From Mobula hypostoma (lineage: Eukaryota), in the NCBI RefSeq assembly GCF_963921235.1, contig NC_086097.1, positions 198,836,001 through 198,900,000 of the forward strand: 64,000 nt of DNA. Reading direction: 5' to 3'. This document shows, in pieces, positions 38,045 through 51,250 of the stretch. Under the pieces are notes generated by a model. It was not told where the DNA came from, did not search any database, and saw only the letters and a list, made by a program, of their open reading frames with translations. Made by a program: the position numbers and the translations under genes. Numbering within the stretch: the stretch's first letter is position 1; every line of letters begins with the position of its first letter.

Positions 38045-38260
38045 TGCCGCTGCATGTAAAGTGTTTGTATATTCTCCCCATGACCGAGTGGGTTTCCTCC
38101 CGGTACTCTGGTTTCCTCCCACTGTTCAAAGATGTACCAGTTGGTAGGTTAATTGGTCATTGTAAATTGTCCCTTGATAGGCTAGGGTTAAATCGGAGGT
38201 TGCTAGGCGGTGCAGCTTGAAGGGCCTATTCCACGCTGTATCTCAATAAACAAATAAAAT
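38045..38260 (+). mobile_element. HE1/V-SINE-like body
   Basis: TTCTCCCCATGACCGAGTGGGTTTCCTCCCGGTACTCTGGTTTCCTCCCAC..GGTTAATTGG..TAAATTGTCC, the recalled V-SINE central domain. Confidence 0.7.
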
Positions 38261-38269
38261 CAAGGTGGT

Positions 38270-38600
38270 CACAGACTGGGAGAATGCACTCAATCTTTTT
38301 CCCAGGGTTGGGGAAATAAAGAACTGGAGGGCTTAGATTTAAAGTGAGTGGGGTAAGATTCAAAAGTAACTTGAGGGCAGTATTTGTTAAAACAGAGGGT
38401 GTTAAGTATGTGGAACTAGCTCCCACAGAAGTATTGAGGCAGGTTCAATAACACTCAGAAGATACTCGGACAGGTACATTGATAGAAAATGTTTAGAAAG
38501 TTATGAACCAACACTGACCGATGGGATTAACTTCGACAGGCATCTTGGTTCACTTAGACCAGCAGGGTTAAAGTGTTCTTTTCAGTGCTGCATGCTCTAT
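38270..38600 (+). mobile_element. Old CR1 3' fragment
   Basis: Degenerate LFPRVG..RTGGLRFKV..RV..MWN sequence typical of CR1 3' ends. Confidence 0.6.
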
Positions 38601-39899
38601 TGTAATCTTCTAGATTCCTCACTTGACAGAATCAAGAAGAAAAAACAGCAAAGAAATGAGGCCATTATATTCTTTATACTTTTTAAAGAATTGTTGAGGA
38701 GCAGGGTAAGTGCTCAGCCCCACATCTACTGTTTCTAAGTACTTTTGCAAGTTCAAGTACTTGGTCAATTTTTCATAAAACAGACTACGGCAAGTTTTGT
38801 AGGACAGTACTAGTTCAGTAGCAGTTTTTTTTAATATAAAAAGAGCATTGAAATAAGAAATAGCCCCTTAAAATGGTACAAGGGGTTAGTTACTTCAACT
38901 ACTGGAAAATTTATTCAAAACCAAATTGATCCACAGAATTTAATTTCCCAAATCTCTATTTAATCTGCTTCAAGGAAATAATTTGAAATTACCTTAGAAC
39001 ATTACCTGTAATCAAACCCAAGCATGAGAATACAAGCAAGTCAGACTCATGAGATAATATTTCATAACAAGCTTGAAGGAATTTTTAAGGGCATATTAAA
39101 ATAGTTTTCGAAGCAGCACCAATAGAGCGCCTGCCACCAATGGATGCAAAATTAGTTGCGGAGCAAAATGCAGTCAAGGATTGTGTTAGTAAAAGTCGCT
39201 GAGTTGTAAAATTCTCCAATGCTTGGTCTGAGATTATTCAACCTCAAAGTTACAATGACAGGTCAATGGATGATATTCTTTCCACAAATGGAAGTAATTT
39301 GACTGAATTATTCACCATAAACAATCAAAACCCAAATGAAGTGGGGGTCTAAAGATAGAATTTATCACTGTTTTAAGCATGCCTTCTGGATTGCTGACTT
39401 AGAACCATGATATTAATGTGCAAAAGGGCACACAGAAACAAGAACGATCCTCATCACTATTATAGTATTCAATTTGAAGCAACCAACAAAATGTGGTCAG
39501 ATTCAAATAATCCATTGAAAATCTACAGCAAGTATCACATGGAATTATACACCACATAGAGAAAGCCCCACTACAGAATGTCTTATTGAATGACTGGGCT
39601 TTGCATTGTTGAATCAGTATTCACAGAATTGTTATAGTAAATGAGGCTGCACTCAAATCCATAATGGTATTATGAAACAACAGTCCATTTGCAGTCCAGT
39701 TAGTTCACTGTTTTACAAATTATTTTCCTCGAGTTATTTATCAAGCTACTTCCTGAAAGCTACTACATCTACCACTTCCACTGTCAAGACCCTAGATACA
39801 CAGGTGCATAAAAGTTACTCACATTTTTAATTCTTTTACCAGTCACTGCCAATTTACACCCCCTAGTCCTCATTCTGAAGACTATAAGCAGCTTTTTGA

Positions 39900-40912
39900 T
39901 TTTTGACAGAAGGATTGAGCCAGTCTTCAGAGGATCAGAGGTGGAAAGGGTTTGTTGTTGTTCTGTCGTTAAGTCGAGTCTGACTCTTCATGACCTCACG
40001 GACCATTGGGCTTTCATGTTAAGATACGGAAATAGGTTGCCAGGCCTTTCTTCTGCGCAGATACTGCTGCTGCCCAGGTTGGGACCTGGCTGGGTTTGAA
40101 TTCGTGACCATCTGTCTTGAAGTCCAGTGCCGATGCCACTACACCACTGGGTTAGCAACTTCAAATTCCGAGATGTTATCATTTCGGAGGACCTGTCCTG
40201 GGCCCAGCATATAAGTGCAATTAGGAAGAAAGTACGGCAACACTTCTACTTCTTTGGGAGTTTGCAGAAATTCCACATGACACCTAAAACTTTGACAAAC
40301 ATCTACAGAGTATAATGGAGAGAACATTGACTGGTTGCATCACAGCTCAGTATGGAAACACCAATGCCCTTGAACGGAAAATCCTACAAAAAGCAGCGGA
40401 TATGGCCCAGTCCATCACAGGTAAAACCCTCCTAACCATTCAACATATCTACATAAAATGCTGCCGCAAGAAAGCAGCATCCATCACTAGATACCTTCAT
40501 CATGCTCTCTTCTCACAGCTGCCATCAGGAAAGTGGTACAAGAGCCTCAGGACTCACACAACCAGTTTCAGGAACAGTTACTACCCCTCAATCATCAGGC
40601 TCTTGAACAAAAGGGGATAACTTCATTCAATTTTACTTGCACCATCACTGAAATGTCATTACAACCTATGGTCTTACTTTCAAGAACCCTTCATCTGATG
40701 TTCTTCACATTTATTGTTTGTTTATTTATTATTATTACCACTTATTTTTGTATTTTCACAGTTTGCTGTCTTCTGCATTTTGATAGCCCTGGTTGGGCAG
40801 ACTTTCATTGATTATGGTTATTATTCTATAGACTTAATGAGTATGCTCACAAGAAAATGAATCTCAGGGTTCTATATGGTGACATGTGCTTGCTTTGAAA
40901 ATAAAATTTTGA
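39900..40912 (+). mobile_element. Rex1-type 3' fragment split by a SINE
   Basis: GSEVERV|SNFKF..ISEDLSWAQHI..LTGCITA motifs and the family 3' UTR. Confidence 0.85.
39953..40148 (-). mobile_element. tRNA-derived SINE with an RTE/BovB-like 3' tail
   Basis: A-box TGGTGTAGTGG, B-box-like GAATTCAAACC, tail GGTCATGAAGAGTCAGACTCGACTTAACGACAGAACAACAACA and GGGTT TSD (39948-39952, 40149-40153). Confidence 0.8.
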
Positions 40913-41981
40913 AAAGGAAAGGGCTCCCTCTACTCTGTCAATACCTTGGCTATTTTGATTAGCTGAATCATATCCCATTACTGCCTTTGCTTACAGGAGA
41001 TGTGTTTAATCTGTTTCCCTGCATATTAAAAGTTCATTCATAAGAATGCTCTGCTATTCAATGGGATCATCACTAATCTGGCTTTTCTCGAGTCCACTTT
41101 CTCAACCTTTCCCTGTTACTCAATTTCCTTAATTAGAATTTTGGACTTCTGTTTTTATAAATAGCTCTCTTCTGCATCAATTCCACAGCCTTTGCATCTT
41201 TCCCAAATTGTGTGGACTCCAGTAAAACTTTAATAATCTAGCATCCAATGGCTTGGAAATTATGGAGCTGCAACTGGCTCACCCAGAGTGTGTACAGGTA
41301 AGTACAAAAGCAGGATGAGAGCTAGAGCCAGAATGTGGTTGATTTGCACCCAGTTAAGGTCTGGAGTGTTTGTAGATTCTCAATTCCCTTTAAACATACC
41401 AGGAAAAGATAGTTCTAACAAAAATAAAAAAAAAGTAAATGCTGAAAATTTGAAAAAAAAATAGAAAACACTGGAAGAAACCCAGCAGGTTAGGCACTCT
41501 GAAAAGAAAAACAGAGTTAATGTTTCAAGTCAGAGAACCTTTGTATCAAGGTAGTTGGGATTGTACAGGATCCAGAAATGAAGAAATACTGGGAAATCAG
41601 AGGAATGTGATTTAGACAGAAGCCAGTCAGCCCAACATTGTCACATTAAAATGAGTAAATTGGTACTACAATATCACCAACTGTAGTTTTCTCTGTTTTC
41701 CCACTGTTTCTATGATGCTTTGTCATGATTTGGCGTACTATTTTTCCCCATTATAGTAACAAATTTAATACAAGTAAAAAGCTCTAAAAATCTCTTTACC
41801 CCAATTTGTTGTACCATTTGCCTTAAACAGACGGAATGAATGGAAATGCCTTCCATCTAAATACCGGAAAAACTATGGACTTTCCTTTGTTAATAATCTT
41901 CCAATTCCATACTCTTTCAATTTTGACAAAAATATCATTTGCTGGCTGGGTGTAATGCTTTCTACGATTTATGCTCAACTA

Positions 41982-43614
41982 CAGAGGCATGCAAAAGTTT
42001 GGGCACTCCAGCCAAATTTCTGTTACTGTGAATAGTTAAGTGAGTAGAAGATGAACTAATCTCCAAAAGTCATAAAGTTAAAGATGAAACATTCTTTTCA
42101 ACACTTTAAGCAAGATTAGTGTATTAGTTTTGTTTTGCACAATCGTAGAGTGAAAAAAAAAGGAAAGGAGCACCATGCAAAGGTTTGGGCACCCCAAGAG
42201 ATTTGAGCTCTCAGATAACTTTTACCAAGGTCTCAAACCTTAATTAGCTTGTTAGGGCTATGGCTTTTTCACAGTCATCATTAGGAAAGGCCAGGTGATG
42301 CAAATTTCAAAGCTTTATAAATACCCTGACTCCTCAAACCTTGTCCCAACAATTAGCAGCCATGGGCTCCTCTAAGCAGCTGCTTAGCACTCTGAAAATT
42401 AAAATAAATGATGCCCACAAAGCAGGAGAAGGCTATAAGAAGATAGCAAAGCGTTTTCAGGTAGCCGTATCCTCAGTTCATAATGTAATTAAGAAATGGC
42501 AGTTAGCAGGAACGGTGGAGGTCAACTTGAGGTCTGGAAGACCAAGAAAACTTTCCGAGAGAACTGCTTGTAGGATTGCTAGGAAGGCAAATCAAAACAC
42601 CCGCTTGACTGCAAAAGACCTTCAGGAAGATGCAGCAGACTCTGGAGTGGTGGTGCACTGTTCTACTGTGCAGCAACACCTGCACAAATATGGCCTTCAT
42701 GGAAGAGTTATCAGATGAAAACCTTTCCTGCGTCCTCACCACAAAATTCAGCGTCAGAAGTTTGCAAAGGAACATCTAAACAAGCCTGATGCATTTTGGA
42801 AACAAGTCCTGTGGACTGATGAAGTTAAAATAGAACTTTTTGGCTGCAATGAGCAAAGGTATGTTTGGAGAAAAAAGGGTGCAGGACTTCATGAAAAGAA
42901 CACCTCTCCAACTGTTAAGCATTGGGATGGATCAATCATGCTTTGGGCTTGTGTTGCAGCCAGTGGCACGGGGAACATTTCATTGGTAGAGGGAAGAATG
43001 AACTCATTCTTCAAATACCAGCAAATTCTGGAAACAAACATCACACCGTCTGTAAAAAAGCTGAAGATGAAAGGAGGATGGCTTCTACAACAGGATAATG
43101 ATCCCAAACACACCTCAAAATCCACAATGGACTACCTCAAGAGGCGCAAGCTGAAGGTTTTGCCATGGTCCTCACAATTCCCCGACCTAAACATCATCGA
43201 AAATCTGTGGGTAGACCTCAAAAGAGCAGTGTATGCAAGACGGCCTAAGAATCTCACAGAACTAGAAGCCTTTTGCAGGGAAGAATGGACGAAAATCCCC
43301 CAAATCCCCCAAACAAGAATTGAAAGACTCTTAGGTAGCTACAGAAAGCATTTATAGGCTGTGATACTTGCCAAAGGGGGTGTTACTAAGTACTGACCAT
43401 GCAGGGTGCCCAAACTTTTGCTTCAGGCCTTTTCATTTTCTGTTATTTTGAAACTGTAAAAGATGGAAATAAAAAAGTAATCTTGCTTAAAATATTAAGG
43501 AAATGTGTCATCTTGAACTTTATGCCTTTTGGAAATCAGGTCATCTTTTACTTGCTTAGCTATTCACAATAACAGAAATTTTGACCGGGGTGCCCAAACT
43601 TTTGCATGCCACTG
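41982..43614 (+). mobile_element. Full-length Tc1 (DD34E) transposon with IR/DR-type ends
   Basis: TA TSDs, TIRs CAG(A/T)GGCATGCAAAAGTTTGGGCAC, inner direct repeats near 42175-42195 and 43404-43421, and ~200-bp imperfect inverted ends. Confidence 0.97.
42362..43396 (+). pseudogene. Tc1 transposase, one reading frame with two nonsense codons
   Basis: Paired-like [20 protein letters not shown] and PDLNIIE (34 residues from D to E). Stops at 42716-42718 and 43355-43357. Confidence 0.93.
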
Positions 43615-43629
43615 TATTCCCACTCTAAA

Positions 43630-44350
43630 GTTCTGAGATGCAACAGGACTTGGGAGTCCTTGTACAGGATACCCTTAAGGTTAACCTCCAGGTTGAGTTA
43701 GTGGTGAAGAAGGCGAATGCAATGTTGGCATTCATTTCTAGAGGAATAGAGTATAGGCGCAGGGATGTGATGTTGTGGCTCTATAAGGCGCTGGTGAGAC
43801 CTCACTTGGAGTACTGTGGGCAGTTTTGCTCTCCTTATTTAAGAAAGGATGTGCTGACGTTGGAGAGGGTACAGAGAAGATTCACTAGAATGATTCAAGG
43901 AATGAGAGGGTTAACATATGAGGAACGTTTGTCCGCTCTTCGACTGTATTCCTTGGAGTTTAGAAGAATGAGGGGAGACCTCACAGAAACATTTCGAATG
44001 TTGAAAGGCATGGACAGAGTGGATGTGGCAAAGTTGTTTCCCATGATGGGAGAGAGGGCATGACCTAAGGATTGAAGGGCGCCCATTCAGAACAGAAATG
44101 CGAAGAAACTTTTTTAGTCAGAGGGTGGTGAATCTATGGAATTTGTTGCCATGGGCAGCAGTGGAGGCCAAGTCATTGGGTGTATTTAAGGCAGAGATTG
44201 ATAGGTATCTGAGTAGCCAGGGCATCAAAGGTTATGGTGAGAAGGCGGGGGAGTGGGACTAAATGGGAGAATGGATCAGCTCACAATAAAATGGCAGAGC
44301 AGACTCGATGGGCCGAATGGCCGACTTCTGCTCCTTTGTCTTATGGTCTA
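43630..44350 (+). mobile_element. CR1 3' fragment
   Basis: [25 protein letters not shown] motifs and a TCTTATGGTCT tail. Confidence 0.9.
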
Positions 44351-44654
44351 AACCATTCTGCCTTTGTTCACCCACCAGCCCCCCAACTTATGTTTCTCAA
44401 AATGTACCTCTTAAAACTTAGTCACTTCTTCTACTGGCTCCTTCAATTTAAAGATAATCTACTAAATGAGATAACTATATAATTATATAATATATATTGC
44501 ACTTGAAAGGTTGCCAATCTGGAAAATTAATCTCTTTTTTAAAATCTCTCCACAGTTGTTGAACATAGTACCTGCTAAGACGTCATAGCAAGAAACGTCA
44601 GCAATTCCCAAATGCATTAGGGCTTTAAAATACATTATGTATTGGTTCTCCTGT

Positions 44655-45600
44655 TCCAATGCAACATTCAAAATTGCTGATGTCATCACTGTCATCCACC
44701 AAATCAAAAGTGATGACGAATCAGCATATGGAAGGGAGACTGAAAGTCTGGCTGAGAGATGCCACAACAACAACCTATGATCAATGTCAGCAAACCAAGG
44801 AACCAGAGGTCCATGAGCCAGTCCTCATCAGAGGATCAGAGATGGAGAGGGGCAGCAACCTTAAATTCCTCAATGTTATTATTTCAGAAAACAAGTGCAA
44901 TTACGAAGAGAGAACTGCAGCACCTTTACTTCATTGGAATTCCGTGAATATTTGGCATGACATCTAAAACTTTGACAAACTTCTATAAATATACGGTGGA
45001 GAGTATATTGACTGGCTGCATCATAGTCTGGTATGGAAACACCAATGCCCTTGAACAGAAAATCCTGCAAGAAGTAGTGGATATGTCTTAGTCCATCATG
45101 GGCAAAGCTCACCCTACCACTGAGCACATCTACATGGAATGTTGTTGCAGGAAAGCAGCATCGATCATTGAGGACCCCCACCACCCAGTCATGCCCTCTT
45201 CTCACTGCTGCCATCAGGAAGGCAGCACAGGAGCCTCAGGACTCAAACCACCAAGTTCAGAAACAGTTACCACCCTTCAACCATCAGGCTCTTGAACCAA
45301 AGAGGATAACTTCATTCAACTTTACTTGCCCCATCACTGAAATATTCCTACAACCCATGGACCTACTTTCAAGCTCATCATATTCTCGATATTTATTGCT
45401 TATTTATTATTTTTTTCTTTTTGTATTTATACAGTTTGCTGCCTTTCACACAGTGGTTGAATACCCACGTTGCTCAGTCTTGTGTTAATTTTATTATGGT
45501 TATTTTATTATGGATTTATTAAGTACACCCACAAAAAATGAATCTTAGGGTTGGATATGGTGACAAATATATACTTTAATAATAAATTTATTTTGAATTT
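44655..45600 (+). mobile_element. Rex1-type 3' fragment
   Basis: Similar to 39900-40912 along its length, with an AATAAA..TTTGAA tail. Confidence 0.8.
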
Positions 45601-46079
45601 TATTCCATGCAGAGATGTCCGGACTTACATTTGACAGAATGGAAGTGATCACAAATTTCTCGAAGTAGTAGAAGGAAGAAGGTATACAACGGAAAATAAA
45701 CAGTATACTTTCTAGGAAATGGTTCGTTCTTCATATTAAAATGCTGCATGTCAAATTATATTAATTACTTTCTAAGGAAGTGCTAATTAAGTGATATCTC
45801 ATTCCATAAGCCCCCAAGAGAAAAATTGGAAGAAATGAGCTCCCCCACCCCCAGTTTAAAAATAATTGACAGAACCAAACATGATATTTACAGTATTAGA
45901 CAACTAAATATTTATCATAGTGAGTACATTTTGGTGCAAAGCCACTTCCATTCCCAAGTGATCCTAGCATAAAAACCAAGGTTGACAGCAGAAGAGCAAA
46001 AGTATTCAACAAGCATTGTAGAACGGCTAAGAGGAGCTTCTTAGACCTTTGAAGACCTCTGCTACTTGAACTAATAGAT

Positions 46080-46680
46080 ACTTGTTTGAGAGTGCTGACA
46101 TGCAGTTCCAGAATATCTACACTTCATTCTGGTCTACTTCATCAAACCCAACATCTTTTATCTATCTGAATGTTTTCAGGAATTTACCAAACTGAAAAAT
46201 CTTCATAGGAGTCAAACAAACATTCTGGCTACAATTCCCCAAGAAACCCTTCACTGATGTAACTTTATAAGGGTTATATCACCCCATGAGAATTATGTGT
46301 TCAGCAGATATGCTCTTCGAAATTTTTTGAATGGCTAAACTATTATTTAGAAAGCGCTGAAAGCTGCAGTAAAATCCTGGTTTATGAGTCGTAATGATGA
46401 AGGGAAGTTACGCGGGCAAAAAATATTCAATGGATGTTGTCGCTGCATTCTTGATGTTGACTAGGTGTCCAGAAACATTGGTCCTAATGAGCAAGGCCCT
46501 ATTGTTCAAGTTTTTCTTCGTACTATGTTGTTTAAAGAAAGGACGTGATACGATTTTGGAAGAGTACTATTGTCCAGGTTTCTTTTAAGATCACTTGAAG
46601 ATTGGTCTCCAACTACCCCAGTTTCTCAGTGTATAAATTTGCAGTCACCCCTCAGCATTGTCTCTAAGCCTAAGGGAAGA
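46080..46680 (-). pseudogene. Ancient Tigger/pogo (DDE_1) transposase fossil
   Basis: Manual minus-strand translation gives KNLNNRALLIRTNVSGHL (cf. ALLILDNAPGHP), FLP..NFPSSLRLINQDFTAAF (cf. FLP.NTTS.IQPMDQG.IAAF), L*PECLFD and KDVGFDEVDQNEV, in the expected order. Confidence 0.7.
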
Positions 46681-47094
46681 CATTGACACCTGAAGCAACT
46701 TACCCGTATGTGAAAAAGTATTGTATTTGATAATAACCCTGCATCATCTAGAGTTTCATTAACTGGTTGTATAGAAGAGAATTTCTGTTGCTATTTATCA
46801 ACACTTGCTGTATCTCCCAAAATAAAGATATGCTGCAAACTGCACTCTTCATGAAATAGTTATTCACCCATGAATGGCTTGAATGTATTAGCACTAAGAT
46901 TCATCAATCCTCATGGTATTTTTCCCCCCAAGTCTTACCTGTTCCCAGGTCAATGTCAAATGCAGCATTATGGTCTTCCAACTACATGTTTATCCCTTTT
47001 TCTCTTCACTATAACATCTCTGTCTTTACAACACACAAAACATCTCCAAGAATAATAAGCAATCTAGTTCCAAACAGAAATAATTCCACCAACA

Positions 47095-47690
47095 GTCCAC
47101 ACACAAAAGCTGGAGGCACACACTGAGTAAGGCTGCATCTATGGAGGGAAATGAACAGTCAACACTTTTCATTGAAAAGCTTTATCTGGAACAGGAAAAG
47201 GGGAGATTGCCAGTATGAAAAGGTGAGAAGTGTGGAGCAAAAGCCAGTGGATGATGGGTGACTCTGTGAGGATGAGAGGAGAATGGTGCAAAAAGCTGGT
47301 AGGTGCTAGATGGAAGTGTCAAAGGGCAGTGGACCACGGAATAAAGGACAAAAGGTGGGAGGTGAACCAGTAGGAGGAATGTGTACATGATGGGAAGACT
47401 GAGAAGGTGGAGAAGATTCTGAGTGATTCAGGAGATTACCTGAAGTTAAGAGAATTGGATGTTCATACCATCATATTGGAGAATACCAAGATAGAGTATG
47501 ATATGCTGTTCCTCTAATCTGCACCTGGACTTTATTTGGCATGGAGGTGACTGTGGACAAACATGTTTGCATGGAAATGGAAAGTGAAATTAAAATGGCT
47601 GGCCACTGGGAGATCCCAGCTGGTACAGCGAAGGTGCTCAATGAAGCAGTCCCCAATCTACATTGAATCTCACCAATGTCTCTATTAACA
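47095..47690 (-). mobile_element. Penelope-like 3' remnant
   Basis: GIY-YIG remnant IGEIQCRLG.. and a terminal region like the other PLE copies. Confidence 0.7.
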
Positions 47691-49567
47691 GTCAAGAGGC
47701 TTCTCATGTCATTAGACTCTGCAACTGTTTTGTTGACACAGCTGCAAATGGGATTTTAAATGCTACTTATTGCAAATATTGGTATAATCTCACTGTCACT
47801 TAACATTAAGGATTATTTGTGATAGCACAGAAAGCTTCATTAATTAAGAACATTCACCATGAGGAATGAATTATTTCATTAAAGCAAAAAAAAATCAGAG
47901 TAATCCTATCTAAGTGATTAAACCTAACTGCTTCTCCTCTGGATAGTCTGAGAGCAATTTCAGATTTGCTCAAAGTGAAGGAAATCCACTTGCACAACCT
48001 GTCTGATCATGCACATCTCCCCACCCTCTCTCAAATGTAGCTGGAGGGGGGGACAGGAAAACAAAGAAACTCAAGTCAGCTCCTCCACCTGACTCTGATG
48101 CAGGCTGCTCTAAGCAACATAACCTTCAGTTTAAAATGGAAAATTCAAGCAGGCTACAAAGTTTCAGAAAGAAAATGAAATCAACCATAGAAACAACAGT
48201 ACAAACATTTGAAGTATCACATTCAGTGCTCGTTACTGAACCAATACAACGTCCAGAATACTAGGTCAGAGGTTGAAAATCTGAAGTTGCCAATGGCAAG
48301 TTCAGAAAATTTAAAAATAGGGATGTAAATAGTAAAGTTATTATAAATAAACTTCTGAAACTGCTCTAAAGTTGACTGTTTGTCCCTCAGACACGGAAGC
48401 TCATGTAATTAATTCTCAACTCCCAAGTTACTCAACTGAGTGAAATTATGAATCAAAGTAGAGAAGATCACAAGGGCCTCAGGAGAATGAATTTTCATCA
48501 GCGTTTGTAAGAGCAGAAACAAATAAGTCATAGCCTTGATAGTAATACCAAATAGGTTTATTTTTAAAAAAAAAATAACTTTAAAAGAAAGTGTCTTAAG
48601 GAAAATGTTCCAAATCAGAAAGGACCTATTAGCAAACCAAATTAGATATAATAGGAGGGATTTCAATCAGATGCAGCTTAAAGAGAAATTAAATGGTGAC
48701 AAGACAGGCTTGTTAATTTGTTAGCCAAAGTCTCCAAATTAAAACATCAATGCTACAGCATTTCTCTCAAAAATAAAAATTCTCTCTCTCAACAGCAGGA
48801 GCAGTACAGACGGTACCAAAAGACACTAAAATGAAGATAGCTTCACACAGGAATTTCTGTAAGCAATGCTGCAATCAGGGATTATGTTCAATTAAGTATA
48901 TGGAATGTTCTGCAAGCTGCTACTTTATTGCTCTATGTGGCCAATTTTAAAAGCATGTACATGCAGAGAATTATGGAGAAATGTTAATGCTTTTTTGACT
49001 TAAGTTTTTTTTAAAAACCAGAAAAAACTAATCGTTCTGAACAATAACTGAAATAAAACCAATGAGCCAAACAGTCAAACCCTTAATCACACAATTAAGC
49101 TTTCATTGAACTGTTCTGACTTTTGCTTTATATTTCTAGCCTTAATCACTAATTGGTTCACTATCTCCTTTGAGTTCATGTGTAACTCCGCATCACTTTG
49201 CTACTGAAGACAGTTGAATCTGTAAAGCTAAATTTCAACGTCTTTCCTCTTTGAAATAAACTCCAGTCATTTGAACATTTCCTCAATGTGCTGAGTTTGA
49301 AAGGGGTAAAGCTGATAATGGGGTTGCAATTTCATCCTAGGTGTTCTAAATCTAAACCTATACCAAATATTGTCAATTTCATCTATATCGCTATCAACAT
49401 TTTCAAATTCCAAGGAATGAATGAAGTCCGAAGCTTTAGTTTTCTGCACTTTCCTTAGACTTACTATGAGGATTCACCTACTTAACTAGGGCTTCAATTT
49501 TTCTAGTTTTTATTTGCATAGGGGTGTGTCTTCAGTTTTTATATTGTTCAGTGAAATCATGTTTAAG

Positions 49568-50645
49568 ACCATAAGAGTAAGACATAGGAGCAGAATTGGG
49601 CCATTTGGCTTATTGACTCTGCTTCACCATTCCATCACGGATGGATTTATTATCCCTTTCAATTCCATTCTTCAGGCGTATCCCTGTAACCTTTGACACC
49701 CTGACTGATCAAGAACCTATCAATCTCTGCTTGAAATATACCCAACGAATTGACTTCCACAGCAGCTGTGGCAGTGAATTCCAAAGATTTCCCACTCTCT
49801 GACTAAAGAAATTCCTCCTCATCGCTGTTCTAAGGGCATCATCCTATTCTGAGGCTGTGCCCTCTGGTCCTAGACTCTCAGTTATAGGAAACATTCACTG
49901 CTCTATGTAGGCCTTTCAGTATACGATAGGTTTCAATGAGAACGCCCTCCCCCGCCATTCTTGTAAACTCCAGCAAGTATAGGCCCAGAACCAAACACCC
50001 CTTGTACATTAGCCTTCTCATTCCCAGAATCATTCTGGTGAACTTCCTCTGGACCTACTCCAATGCCAACACATCCGTTCTTAGAAAAGGGGTCCAAAAC
50101 TGCTCACAATGCTCTAAATGTAGTCTGACTAATGCCTTATAAAGCTTCAGCATTGCATCCTAGCTTACATATTCTAGTCCTCCTGAAAATAATGCTAACA
50201 TTGCATTTTTTTTCCCTTAGCACCAACTCAACCTTCAAGGCAATCATTAGGAAATCTTGTACAAGGACTCCCAAGTCCCTTACACCCCAGATTCCTGAAT
50301 TTTCTCCATAGAAAAATTGTCTTCGTCTATTTTTTTTCTACCAAAGTACACTTCCCTGCACTTTTTGCCCATTCTCCTAATTGTCTCAGTCCTTTTAGAG
50401 ACTCCCTGCTTCTTCAACACTACCTGCCCCTGCACCTATCTTCGTATCATCTGTCAGCCTGGCGACAAAGTAATCAACTCCATTATCCAAATCACTGACA
50501 TAAACATGAAAATGTCCCAACAGCAACCCCCATGGAACACACTTTGGAGGCCAGCAGCCAACCAGGAAAGGCACACTTTATTTCCACTCTTTGTCTCCTG
50601 CCAGTCAGCCAATCTTCTATCCACACTGGTATCTTTTCTGTAATC
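49568..50645 (-). mobile_element. Decayed CR1 3' portion
   Basis: CR1 tail GACCATAAGA..GACATAGGAGCAGAATT on the plus strand and RT remnants on the minus strand. Confidence 0.8.
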
Positions 50646-51184
50646 CATGGGCTCATATTGTAAGCAGAAACTACTCAGGGGTGCTTTACAAGCCCTTACC
50701 AGTTCAAAGCAACTGTTATTACTGCCAATGATTTTACATGCATTTAAAAACAAAAGCATGTGCAGGCTTAACTAAATCTTTTCCTAATGCCAAAGTAATG
50801 CAATTCTCAATGATATTGTTGGAATACAGATTGAAAGCTCTCAATGCTTAAGAGCTGCTTGACTTACCCATTTTGGCACCTCAGAAGACAAAGTATACAT
50901 ATTAAAATCTGTCTGAAGGCATGCATTGCTTGCAATGCTTTCCCCATTAAGTTCCTAAAAATGCATCATATATCTCAAATAAAATATACTCAAAATTACA
51001 CTATTCGCATTCTTATGATAGTAATCCATCATGAATATTAAAATATAGATAAGTTACCTTAAATGTCTCTTCAATGAACTGTGAAATATACAAAAGTAGG
51101 TTCAGAATGTGCAAACTTAAATGAAGACTGAACCCAGCAGGCCAAGACACCACCAGAATGCAGGTGGTCTTGACTGAACATCTT

Positions 51185-51250
51185 AGGGTAGGACAGTAGC
51201 GCAGCTGGTAGAGTGGCTACCTCAGAGCAAAACAACCTGGTTCAAACCTG
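51185..51250 (+). mobile_element. HE1-like SINE head (tRNA-derived); the body resumes at ~56761-57020
   Basis: A-box TAGCGCAGCTGG and B-box GGTTCAAACC. A V-domain-like sequence continues immediately after the CR1 tail at 56760. Confidence 0.6.

Noticed and set aside
38990..39360. Non-repetitive intronic stretch with a possible minus-strand donor (CAG/GTAATG, ~39000-39008)
   Set aside because: No recognisable peptide or matching acceptor was found, so it cannot be supported as an exon without RNA data.
46099..46686. Plus-strand protein-like frame (..FGRVLLSRFLLRSLEDW..) considered as an endogenous viral fragment
   Set aside because: It has several stops and no convincing viral motif, and the minus strand is better explained as a pogo transposase fossil.
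51185..51250. tRNA gene
   Set aside because: It has A and B boxes but no cloverleaf, and is better explained as a SINE head. The same applies to 40080-40148.
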